From the IMG/VR virus record IMGVR_UViG_3300029517_000011: 31,484 nucleotides of DNA. One strand, written 5' to 3'. Below, piece by piece: positions 7,028 through 14,178 of this stretch. This DNA is from a virus. Lineage: Duplodnaviria > Heunggongvirae > Uroviricota > Caudoviricetes. Position 1 is the first letter of the stretch. Each line of letters starts with the position of its first letter. A program made the position numbers and the translations under genes. The notes beneath the pieces are model-generated. The model was not told where the DNA came from. It searched no databases and was given only the letters and a program-made list of their open reading frames with translations.

Positions 7028-7054
7028 CTATCGGCATGAACAAAAAAATCTTTA
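7028..7054 (-). promoter_or_regulatory. Sigma-28 (FliA) type promoter for flxA: TAAAGATT-N11-GCCGATAG
   Basis: Minus-strand sequence TAAAGATTTTTTTGTTCATGCCGATAG matches the FliA consensus TAAAGTTT-N11-GCCGATAA at 7/8 and 7/8 positions with the canonical 11-nt spacer, about 25 nt upstream of the flxA ATG. Confidence 0.7.
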
Positions 7055-7206
7055 ATCGTATTTCTTGTGTCATTAATTGTTTGATGTTCAGATTGTTTTC
7101 CTCGCGGGCTGGCGCGCCTCAGAAAGTAAAGCTTGTTGACAGGGGTAAACGTTCGGCAATAATTTTCTGCCGCATGCGGGTGTTGCATAAAACGTGTTAC
7201 GTTCCT

Positions 7207-7512
7207 TTATCGACAGGTCAGGTCACCGCTCACCCGCCGACGAGAAAGCAACACTGACATGCTAAAGCAAAAAATAGATGAATAAGTTGAGTTGTGCATA
7301 TGTAGCCTGACCGTCACAAAGTATATGGTGTCTGTACCAGTAAGATGATGGCCGGACTCTTTAAAAACGAGCTGACCTGCACAATACAGGATGGACTTAG
7401 CAATGGCTGCTCCTGGCACAAAGCGGACAGTGATCACCGTTCTTACGACTACTTTCTGACTTCCTTCGTGACTTGCCCTAAGCATGTTGTAGTGCGATAC
7501 TTGTAATGACAT
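7207..7512 (-). CDS. Hypothetical 101-aa ORF (possibly YdfV-like by position); may be non-coding
   Basis: ORF track 7207-7512 between flxA and relB, same strand as flxA. Composition is not convincingly protein-like and it overlaps the relBE promoter/operator. Confidence 0.25.
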   Translation of the reverse strand: MSLQVSHYNMLRASHEGSQKVVVRTVITVRFVPGAAIAKSILYCAGQLVFKESGHHLTGTDTIYFVTVRLHMHNSTYSSIFCFSMSVLLSRRRVSGDLTCR

Positions 7513-7525
7513 TTGTAATTACAAG
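7473..7525 (+). promoter_or_regulatory. relBE promoter with operator palindrome (relO-like)
   Basis: TTGCCC (7473-7478), 17-bp spacer, GATACT (7496-7501), overlapped by inverted repeat CTTGTAAT-N10-ATTACAAG (7500-7525). SD AAGAGGTG precedes relB ATG 7537. Confidence 0.55.
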
Positions 7526-7536
7526 AGGTGTAAGAC

Positions 7537-7776
7537 ATGGGTAGCATTAACCTGCGTATTGACGATGAACTTAAAGCGCGTTCTTACGCCGCGCTTGAAA
7601 AAATGGGTGTAACTCCTTCTGAAGCGCTTCGTCTCATGCTCGAGTATATCGCTGACAATGAACGCTTGCCGTTCAAACAGACACTCCTGAGTGATGAAGA
7701 TGCTGAACTTGTGGAGATAGTGAAAGAACGGCTTCGTAATCCTAAGCCAGTACGTGTGACGCTGGATGAACTCTGA
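7537..7776 (+). CDS. relB: RelB antitoxin (79 aa)
   Basis: ORF track 7537-7776. MGSINLRIDDELKARSYA...KPVRVTLDEL matches E. coli RelB as I recall it. Stop overlaps the relE start (TGATG). Confidence 0.9.
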   Translation: MGSINLRIDDELKARSYAALEKMGVTPSEALRLMLEYIADNERLPFKQTLLSDEDAELVEIVKERLRNPKPVRVTLDEL

Positions 7777-8063
7777 TGGCGTATTTTCTGGATTTTGACG
7801 AGCGGGCACTAAAGGAATGGCGAAAGCTGGGCTCGACGGTACGTGAACAGTTGAAAAAGAAGCTGGTTGAAGTACTTGAGTCACCCCGGATTGAAGCAAA
7901 CAAGCTCCGTGGTATGCCTGATTGTTACAAGATTAAGCTCCGGTCTTCAGGCTATCGCCTTGTATACCAGGTTATAGACGAGAAAGTTGTCGTTTTCGTG
8001 ATTTCTGTTGGGAAAAGAGAACGCTCGGAAGTATATAGCGAGGCGGTCAAACGCATTCTCTGA
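7776..8063 (+). CDS. relE: RelE mRNA-interferase toxin (95 aa)
   Basis: ORF track 7776-8063. MAYFLDFDERALKEWRKLG...; RelE/ParE-family size and position immediately after relB. Confidence 0.9.
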   Translation: MAYFLDFDERALKEWRKLGSTVREQLKKKLVEVLESPRIEANKLRGMPDCYKIKLRSSGYRLVYQVIDEKVVVFVISVGKRERSEVYSEAVKRIL

Positions 8064-8134
8064 ACCAAAGCATGACATCTCTGTTTCGCACCGAAGGTGA
8101 CACTTCTGCTTTGCGTTGACAGGAGAAGCAGGCT

Positions 8135-8290
8135 ATGAAGCAGCAAAAGGCGATGTTAATCGCCCTGATCGTCATCTGTTTAACCGTCATAGTGACGGCA
8201 CTGGTAACGAGGAAAGACCTCTGCGAGGTACGAATCCGAACCGGCCAGACGGAGGTCGCTGTCTTCACAGCTTACGAACCTGAGGAGTAA
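8135..8290 (+). CDS. hokD: Hok-family small membrane toxin, HokD/RelF-like (51 aa)
   Basis: ATG 8135 to TAA 8288-8290, translated by hand: MKQQKAMLIALIVICLTVIVTALVTRKDLCEVRIRTGQTEVAVFTAYEPEE. Below the ORF-track size cut-off. Hok-family hydrophobic N-terminus with the conserved Cys. Confidence 0.85.
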   Translation: MKQQKAMLIALIVICLTVIVTALVTRKDLCEVRIRTGQTEVAVFTAYEPEE

Positions 8291-8358
8291 GAGACCAGGC
8301 GGGGGAGAAATCCCTCGCCACCTCTGATGTGTCAGGCATCCTCAACGCACCCGCACTT

Positions 8359-8385
8359 AACCCGCTTCGGCGGGTTTTGTTTTTT
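8359..8385 (+). terminator. Intrinsic terminator after relBE-hokD
   Basis: Stem AACCCGC / GCGGGTT with TTCG loop followed by TTGTTTTTT. Confidence 0.7.
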
Positions 8386-8457
8386 CCTGGCATTCTGGTT
8401 TACAATTCGCACGCCAGCCTGAACAACTGGCACCTGCTGCGCCAGCAGAGACAACCG

Positions 8458-8736
8458 ATGGCGCACGATACCAAATTACACAATTCTGATGATTCTGCCG
8501 TCTTTGCCAGCAGGCACGGGCGGCGTTCCCGCACTTTCAAATCTGACTGGTTCCAGCATGACCCATGCACTGAAGAACAGGCCGAGTGGCTAATTCAGTG
8601 CTACCGCAGACACGGATACGAGATTAAGAAAGCCCTCAGCCTCGATTATCGTCACTGGATAATCTCCGTCAGGCTTCCTTACTCTGAACGCCCACCGCGT
8701 CCGTCTCGCACATTCCAGCAGCGTATCTGGAGGTAA
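8458..8736 (+). CDS. Hypothetical protein (92 aa), Rem-like by synteny with Qin (relB-relE-hokD-rem)
   Basis: ORF track frame 8329-8736; I start it at ATG 8458 because the 5' extension overlaps the terminator at 8359-8385. Stop TAA 8734-8736 abuts the next gene's GTG. Confidence 0.5.
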   Translation: MAHDTKLHNSDDSAVFASRHGRRSRTFKSDWFQHDPCTEEQAEWLIQCYRRHGYEIKKALSLDYRHWIISVRLPYSERPPRPSRTFQQRIWR

Positions 8737-8737
8737 C

Positions 8738-9793
8738 GTGCGGGTATTACTTCGACCTGTTCTGGTACCGGAACTCGGGCTGGTGGTCCTTAAGCCGGGC
8801 CGTGAATCCATGCAGGTATTTCATAATCCCCGGGTGCTGGTGGAGCCGGAACCGAAAAGCATGCGCGGTCTGCCGTCAGGAGCTGTTCCTGCCGTGCGCC
8901 AGCCGCTCGCGGAAGATAAATCATTACTGCCATTTTTCAGCGATGAGCGGGTGATTCGTGCTGCTGGCGGCGCTGGCGCATTGTCTGACTGGCTGTTACG
9001 CCATGTTAAATCCTGCCAGTGGCCTCATGGTGACTACCACCACAGTGAAACCGTCATACATCGTTACGGTACCGGCGCGATGGTATTGTGCTGGCACTGT
9101 GATAATCAGTTACGCGACCAGACTTCAGAATCACTCGGGCAACTTGCTCAACAAAACCTGACATCCTGGATGATTGACGTCATCCGCCACGCAATAAACG
9201 GTACACAGGAGCGGGAGTTATCGCTGGCTGAATTATCCTGGTGGGCGGTCTGCAATCAGGTAGCGGACGTATTGCCGGAGGCAGTATTACGTCGTTCTCT
9301 GGGATTGCGTGCGGAAAAAATCCGCTCGGTGTACCGCGAAAGCGACATCGTACCGGGAGAGCAGACCGCCACCAGCATACTGAAGCAGCGCACAAAAAAT
9401 CTTGCGCCGCTGCCTCACGCCCACCAGCAAAACCCGCCACAGGAAAAGACGGTGGTCAGCATTGCCGTTGATCCGGAGTCACCGGCTCAGTATCTCCAGC
9501 GCCAGAAACCACAACGGGAAGAGATGCCTGTATACACGCGCTGGGTAAAAACGCAGAAATGCATGACGTGCGGTAATCAGGCAGATGATCCGCATCACAT
9601 CATTGGTCATGGACTGGGAGGGATGGGAACAAAGGCTGATGATTTGTTTGTTATTCCGCTGTGCCGCAAATGTCATAACGAACTGCACGCCGGGGTAAAA
9701 GATTTTGAAGAAAAACACGGCAGCCAGCTGTTGTTGCTGATTCGTTTTTTAATGCACGCGAGAAATTCGGGCGTCCTGAAGTGGAAAGCATAA
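8738..9793 (+). CDS. DUF968-type protein (YdfU-like, 351 aa) with C-terminal Cys/His HNH-like motifs
   Basis: GTG 8738 preceded by GGAGG. C-terminus CMTCGNQADDPHHIIGH...CRKCHNELH resembles a zinc-finger/HNH-like motif. Size and position match Qin ydfU from memory. Confidence 0.65.
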   Translation: MRVLLRPVLVPELGLVVLKPGRESMQVFHNPRVLVEPEPKSMRGLPSGAVPAVRQPLAEDKSLLPFFSDERVIRAAGGAGALSDWLLRHVKSCQWPHGDYHHSETVIHRYGTGAMVLCWHCDNQLRDQTSESLGQLAQQNLTSWMIDVIRHAINGTQERELSLAELSWWAVCNQVADVLPEAVLRRSLGLRAEKIRSVYRESDIVPGEQTATSILKQRTKNLAPLPHAHQQNPPQEKTVVSIAVDPESPAQYLQRQKPQREEMPVYTRWVKTQKCMTCGNQADDPHHIIGHGLGGMGTKADDLFVIPLCRKCHNELHAGVKDFEEKHGSQLLLLIRFLMHARNSGVLKWKA

Positions 9794-10171
9794 ATGACAG
9801 AATGCATAGAGTTTGTTTTGCCTTACCCGCCGACGGTGAACACCTACTGGCGCCGTCGTGGTAGTACATATTTTGTATCAAAAGCTGGTGAGCGTTATCG
9901 CCATGATGTGGAGCTTATTGTTCGCCAGCAGCGACTGAAATTAAATCTGTCCGGTAGGTTGGCAATCAGGATTATTGCAGAGCCACCGGATAAGCGCCGC
10001 CGCGACCTGGACAATATCCTGAAGGCACCACTGGATGCGCTGACACATGCAGGACTGCTTATCGACGATGAGCAGTTTGACGAAATCAATATAGTGCGCG
10101 GTTTGCCTGTTCCTGGTGGGCGACTGGGCGTGAATATTTTCGTAATAAGAGGTAGTAATGATGGTGCGTGA
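9794..10171 (+). CDS. rusA: Holliday-junction resolvase RusA (125 aa)
   Basis: ORF track 9794-10171. PYPPTVNTYW...DKRRRDLDNILKAPLDALTHAGLLIDDEQ shows the RusA pattern (acidic DxD catalytic region) and typical lambdoid nin-region position just before Q. Confidence 0.85.
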   Translation: MTECIEFVLPYPPTVNTYWRRRGSTYFVSKAGERYRHDVELIVRQQRLKLNLSGRLAIRIIAEPPDKRRRDLDNILKAPLDALTHAGLLIDDEQFDEINIVRGLPVPGGRLGVNIFVIRGSNDGA

Positions 10172-10529
10172 TATTCAGATGGTTCTTGAGCGGTGGGGGG
10201 CATGGGCTGCGAGTGATAGCTCTGGGGTAGACTATTCACCTATAGCAGCTGGTTTTAAGGGGCTTATGCCGCAGATAAGTAAAACACGAATTTCTTGTAC
10301 AGACGATGACGCTCTTATCATTGAGAGCTGCCTTGCTTTACTAAAAAAGAAAAAACCGTACGAACATTCTCTGATTGTGGCTCATTACCTATACGGCATC
10401 TCGAAACGGAAGATTGCAAAGGCACGCAAAAAAGATGAGAAATTGATACGGATAGAGATCCAGATGGCAGAGGGCTTTATCGATGGCTGTCTCTCAATGC
10501 TTGATGTTCGTCTCGAGATGGAATTGTGA
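10158..10529 (+). CDS. Late-gene antiterminator Q, short Q family (123 aa)
   Basis: ORF track 10158-10529. N-terminal IQMVLERWGAWAA motif typical of the roughly 125-aa phage antitermination-Q family; positioned between rusA and the lysis region. Confidence 0.7.
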   Translation: MMVRDIQMVLERWGAWAASDSSGVDYSPIAAGFKGLMPQISKTRISCTDDDALIIESCLALLKKKKPYEHSLIVAHYLYGISKRKIAKARKKDEKLIRIEIQMAEGFIDGCLSMLDVRLEMEL

Positions 10530-10545
10530 ACCTCTTGAATATTCT

Positions 10546-10573
10546 AAACGGCCTAAGGGCCGTTTTATTCTTC
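10546..10573. terminator. Convergent hairpin terminator shared by Q (plus) and the inverted cassette (minus)
   Basis: Perfect 8-bp stem AAACGGCC / GGCCGTTT with TAAG loop at 10546-10565, followed on the plus strand by TATTCTTC. Lies 17 nt after the Q stop and directly after the stop of minus-strand gene 10565-10993. Confidence 0.6.
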
Positions 10574-10993
10574 TTTAGTAACTTCAATAGGTAAAACTTC
10601 TACATTCTTACCAATGTTAACAATCTTTCTAACAGTTTCTTCCCGATCAGCAATAAGCTCAGCTTTAAATTTCTCGCTTAGATGAGGGCTTTTCAGTTGC
10701 TCATCAATACCTTTTAAATCTCTCTCAAGGCGATTTCTTAGGGCGGCTTCGGCTGGAGACTCAAGTCCATGTCGATTGATAACATACAACATAATGTAGG
10801 TTAGCATTGCTGACACTAATGGGGCGAGGGCATACAAAAAAGCTCTCCATTCACTATTAGGGTCAGGCGCCAATAGTGGTACCAATGTAGTTAGAACTGC
10901 GCCAATCCCGCCTGTTGTTAGACCAGAATTACTACTTAAAATGCTTTTTTTATCACCGCTCATTATTTGACTGCCTGTGCGCGGTTGCATCAT
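10565..10993 (-). CDS. Cassette gene 3: membrane protein (about 142 aa, two predicted TM helices, charged coiled C-terminus)
   Basis: ORF track 10565-10996; start among clustered ATG/TTG codons at 10990-10996. Hydrophobic stretches GIGAVLTTLVPLLA and FLYALAPLVSAMLTYIMLYVI. Overlaps the end of cassette gene 2. Confidence 0.6.
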   Translation of the reverse strand: MMQPRTGSQIMSGDKKSILSSNSGLTTGGIGAVLTTLVPLLAPDPNSEWRAFLYALAPLVSAMLTYIMLYVINRHGLESPAEAALRNRLERDLKGIDEQLKSPHLSEKFKAELIADREETVRKIVNIGKNVEVLPIEVTKEE

Positions 10994-11216
10994 CAATTAG
11001 CTCAACGATCTTCTTTCCATCTTTAGCATCTAAGTGGATAGTAATCGTTTTTTCAAGCATGCGTTCAGCACTGTAAAACCTTAGTTCTACGATTTTTGTA
11101 GGAAAAATTTTACGCCACAACAACGCGGAACCAGCATAAACAAAGCGATAGAAGGTCGGGAGACTTACAAGCACCCCCAACCAAAAAACGATTTGTAAAA
11201 GCTGTTGCTGAATCAT
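10953..11216 (-). CDS. Cassette gene 2: small membrane protein (87 aa, one N-terminal TM helix)
   Basis: ORF track 10953-11216. LLQIVFWLGVLVSLPTFYRFVYAG hydrophobic segment. Starts 15 nt after the stop of cassette gene 1. Confidence 0.6.
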   Translation of the reverse strand: MIQQQLLQIVFWLGVLVSLPTFYRFVYAGSALLWRKIFPTKIVELRFYSAERMLEKTITIHLDAKDGKKIVELIDDATAHRQSNNER

Positions 11217-11231
11217 TAGTTTCTACCAAAG

Positions 11232-12113
11232 CTAGATCAATTTTTTCCCTTGAATCACGCGATGACGAAGTACTTTCTTGATAACATACTTTTCTGTTTG
11301 TCCTCGTGCGGAAGTTGTACGTGTTGTTTCTAGAAGCACAGAAAACATATCTTCACTTGTGATCGTTCCCTCTGCTTGCCTTACTTTAGCTAAAAACTCA
11401 TAGTCTGTAAGTAGTACGGAGTGCTCATCTTGGTTGTAGTCCATCCTCCACCCCTTCTCACTATGAAAGTTAACTTGGGTAAATTTTACATTAACCTCTT
11501 TTTCTTCAACTGTTTTGGTCAAAAGCGTCCCTCTGGGAAGGGGTTTAATCTCTTCAGTTTGCTCTCCTTCAAGCTTGAGCAAAACTTTATCATTCTCATC
11601 TACAATTTTAAAAATGGGAGAGTCTTTACCATCTAAAGGAGCCTGAACAACAGAAATCAACGCATCCCGAATTGTTGGCTCAGTTACCAAGGTTGCAACT
11701 GCTGATGAGCATTCAATCTCACCATCTTCAAATTCAAGAACAGCCTTATCTGTTCCTGCTTTTTTGGTAATCGAAACAACTTTTTTTGAGCCTAATTGTC
11801 TTATTAACGATAAAGCGGTGGCATGAGCTGTTGCGCCCACAGTTCCAACAATCCCGATAGTTTGCAGAACGTCAATTGCATGCGGTAGGAGTTGCACTAC
11901 AGTATATGCAATACCCACAGATCCTTTCTGGATGGGGGCAGTGACTAAAATTTTTACAGATTTGTTGCCCTCATTTAACAAGCTATCAGCTTTATTAATA
12001 AGAGTTGTCATGGAAAGTATTGATTTACCAAGTGTTTCAGCGTCAATAGCATGCTTTGACAATTCTTTATCATTGGCGTCATAAAACACCTTAAAGGAAG
12101 TTGACTTCTCCAT
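11232..12113 (-). CDS. Cassette gene 1: soluble protein of unknown function (293 aa)
   Basis: ORF track 11232-12113. SD AAGGA 5 nt before ATG (minus-strand mRNA ...gcatagcAAGGAccgtcATG). No recognisable catalytic motif (no P-loop, HxD, etc.). Confidence 0.7.
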   Translation of the reverse strand: MEKSTSFKVFYDANDKELSKHAIDAETLGKSILSMTTLINKADSLLNEGNKSVKILVTAPIQKGSVGIAYTVVQLLPHAIDVLQTIGIVGTVGATAHATALSLIRQLGSKKVVSITKKAGTDKAVLEFEDGEIECSSAVATLVTEPTIRDALISVVQAPLDGKDSPIFKIVDENDKVLLKLEGEQTEEIKPLPRGTLLTKTVEEKEVNVKFTQVNFHSEKGWRMDYNQDEHSVLLTDYEFLAKVRQAEGTITSEDMFSVLLETTRTTSARGQTEKYVIKKVLRHRVIQGKKLI

Positions 12114-12371
12114 GACGGTCCTTGCTATGCCTCATTGATTAATGCATATCTTGTTGATGGCTAAATTTGTAGAGACTTAATTTACCTAGAAAAGAAGATA
12201 AAATCACTAACGCGGTCCGCATTTTCTTGTTTATTGTGTTAAGAGTGGTCACTTCGGCATACAGCTTAAAACCGCTGCCGTGCGTTTTTTTGTCGTTTAT
12301 CTCTGATAATTATGGTGAATGCGCTGGTGGAGGAGGTAAGGGTGATTTTTAACCAGGTGATTTTTGAATGC

Positions 12372-12400
12372 TTGCAACATTGATTTCGTAACGTTATTAT
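12372..12400 (+). promoter_or_regulatory. Sigma-70 promoter TTGCAA-N17-TATTAT immediately upstream of the tRNA cluster; candidate late promoter (PR-prime equivalent)
   Basis: TTGCAA at 12372-12377, 17-bp spacer, TATTAT at 12395-12400; first tRNA begins at 12410. Preceded by direct repeats GGTGATTTTT (12341-12350 and 12356-12365). Confidence 0.55.
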
Positions 12401-12409
12401 CCTGCGCCC

Positions 12410-12485
12410 GGCCCTTTAGCTCAGTGGTGAGAGCGAGCGACTCATAATCGCCAGGTCGCTGGTTCAAATCCAGCAAGGGCCACCA
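12410..12485 (+). tRNA. tRNA with anticodon CAU, ileX/ileZ-like (tRNA-Ile2 lysidine type, or Met)
   Basis: Hand-folded cloverleaf: acceptor GGCCCTT/AAGGGCC, D-stem GCTC/GAGC, anticodon loop CUCAUAA, T-loop TTCAAAT, encoded CCA. Close to E. coli ileX as I recall it. Confidence 0.8.
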
Positions 12486-12486
12486 A

Positions 12487-12563
12487 CCGCCACTAGCTCA
12501 TCAGGAAAGAGCGTCAACCCTTTAAGTTGAGTGTGCGAGGTTCGAGTCCCCGGTGGCGGTCCA
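12487..12563 (+). tRNA. Atypical tRNA: anticodon loop CCUUUAA (formal anticodon UUU, Lys-like) with C instead of U at position 33; C1-G72 acceptor pair
   Basis: Folds as a cloverleaf (acceptor CCGCCAC/GTGGCGG, D-stem GCTC/GAGC with GG in the loop, anticodon stem TCAAC/GTTGA, T-arm GGTTCGAGTCC, encoded CCA) but has a noncanonical position 33 and an A-C mismatch in the T-stem. Confidence 0.55.
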
Positions 12564-12565
12564 GT

Positions 12566-12641
<76 letters not shown>

Positions 12642-12644
12642 TAT

Positions 12645-12719
<75 letters not shown>

Positions 12720-12925
12720 GTTAGAGTCTTTCAGTCTGCGATGATGGGAAAGCCCGGAGTGACTGAAAGACGTTTGGGTTATGAATGAGCGTCTTTTTTG
12801 CAAAATTGCTGTGCAGGAATAACAACCTTCGGGCAGGCGATCATTCATAAGCACTCTGCTTTTATTCCGATTAACTGTGGGTGGTTTGTTGGATAGAGTG
12901 CTTTCCTGACTGTAGATCCAATTTC

Positions 12926-12950
12926 GCCCGCTTTTGCGGGCTTTTCTTTT
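12926..12950 (+). terminator. Intrinsic terminator between the tRNA cluster and the holin gene (candidate tR-prime-like Q-sensitive terminator)
   Basis: Perfect stem GCCCGC / GCGGGC with TTTT loop followed by TTTTCTTTT. Confidence 0.55.
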
Positions 12951-13010
12951 CAAATCCCTTTCATCTCTCAGTGTAAAACTACGCCATCCGTTATTTGCGG
13001 AGGTGAGGCT

Positions 13011-13226
13011 ATGAAATCCATGGACAAAATTTCAACTGGCATTGCCTACGGCACCTCCGCAGGCAGTGCTGGCTACTGGTTTTTACAGTGGCTTGATCAG
13101 GTCAGTCCGTCACAGTGGGCTGCGATTGGTGTGCTGGGGAGTCTGGTTCTGGGCTTCCTGACTTATCTGACAAATCTGTACTTCAAAATCAGAGAAGACA
13201 AGCGTAAGGCTGCGCGGGGAGAGTAA
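13011..13226 (+). CDS. Holin, phage-21 S-type (pinholin-like) with dual start motif (71/68 aa)
   Basis: ORF track 13011-13226. [28 protein letters not shown]... with Met1 and Met4 (antiholin/holin dual start), SD GGAGGTGAGG, two TM segments and a charged C-terminus. Confidence 0.85.
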   Translation: MKSMDKISTGIAYGTSAGSAGYWFLQWLDQVSPSQWAAIGVLGSLVLGFLTYLTNLYFKIREDKRKAARGE

Positions 13227-13230
13227 TTTA

Positions 13231-13581
13231 ATGACTCAAAACTATGAACTGGTTGTTAAGGGAGTCCGCAATTTTGAGAATAAAGTTGCGGTAACTTTAG
13301 CCTTACGGAACAAAGAACGCTTTGACGGTGAAATTTTTGACCTGGACATCACCATGGACCGTGTTGAAGGTGCTGCGCTGGAGTTTTATGAGGCAGCAGC
13401 CAGAAGGAGAATCAGACAGGTATTTCTGGATGTTGCTGCCAGGTTATGTGAATGGGATGAGCCGTCGCCAGAAAAACGCCCCATAATTTTTGAGGCGCAG
13501 AATGTGTGGGTAACCTACAAAGGAAAGCTACCGGGAAGAATTACTTGTTCTCTGAAGACTCCTCCGGAATCGCAACCTTAA
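13231..13581 (+). CDS. Hypothetical protein (116 aa) inserted between holin and endolysin
   Basis: ORF track 13231-13581. SD GGAGAG 8 nt upstream of ATG. No TM segments; not a canonical lysis gene. Confidence 0.6.
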   Translation: MTQNYELVVKGVRNFENKVAVTLALRNKERFDGEIFDLDITMDRVEGAALEFYEAAARRRIRQVFLDVAARLCEWDEPSPEKRPIIFEAQNVWVTYKGKLPGRITCSLKTPPESQP

Positions 13582-13644
13582 GCCACTGACCGGAACAGAT
13601 AAACCTGTCCATGGGCAGAAACCGGTAAATTCTGATAAATATCC

Positions 13645-14178
13645 ATGAACGCAAAAATCAAATACGGCCTGTCAGCTGCCGTTCTGGCGCTGATTGCTGC
13701 AGGCGCGTCTGCTCCTCAAATACTTGACCAGTTTCTGGATGAAAAAGAAGGTAACCACACAACGGCATACCGTGATGGTTCTGGCATATGGACCATCTGT
13801 CGTGGTGCCACAATGGTGGATGGTAAGCCCGTCATACCGGGAATGAAGCTGTCGAAGGAAAAATGCGACCAGGTTAACGCTATTGAACGTGATAAGGCGC
13901 TGGCATGGGTGGAGCGCAATATTAAAGTACCACTGACCGAACCACAGAAAGCGGGTATAGCGTCATTTTGTCCCTATAACATTGGCCCCGGTAAGTGTTT
14001 CCCGTCGACGTTTTATAAGCGGCTGAATGCCGGTGATCGTAAGGGTGCATGCGAGGCGATTCGCTGGTGGATAAAAGATGGTGGGCGCGATTGCCGCATA
14101 CGTTCAAATAACTGCTATGGACAGGTTATTCGTCGTGACCAGGAAAGCGCATTAGCCTGTTGGGGGATAGATCAGTGA
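13645..14178 (+). CDS. Endolysin, lysozyme (T4-lysozyme-like fold) with N-terminal signal-anchor-release (SAR) segment (177 aa)
   Basis: ORF track 13645-14178. N-terminal hydrophobic [16 protein letters not shown] followed by a lysozyme catalytic region ([22 protein letters not shown]); the phage-21 R-type arrangement paired with a pinholin. Confidence 0.85.
   Translation: MNAKIKYGLSAAVLALIAAGASAPQILDQFLDEKEGNHTTAYRDGSGIWTICRGATMVDGKPVIPGMKLSKEKCDQVNAIERDKALAWVERNIKVPLTEPQKAGIASFCPYNIGPGKCFPSTFYKRLNAGDRKGACEAIRWWIKDGGRDCRIRSNNCYGQVIRRDQESALACWGIDQ

Noticed and set aside
8329-8457. 5' extension of the rem-like ORF (135-aa version)
   Set aside because: The extension spans the intrinsic terminator at 8359-8385 and would overlap the end of the hokD region; the internal ATG 8458 is more plausible.
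12101-12130. TTGACT hexamer (12101-12106) as a plus-strand late promoter
   Set aside because: Lies within the start of cassette gene 1 and has no acceptable -10 at 16-18 bp; the promoter at 12372-12400 is much better.
12720-13010. Possible toxin cargo (stx-like) between the tRNAs and the holin
   Set aside because: Only about 290 bp with a hairpin and terminator and no ORF of meaningful size; no toxin genes are present at this position.
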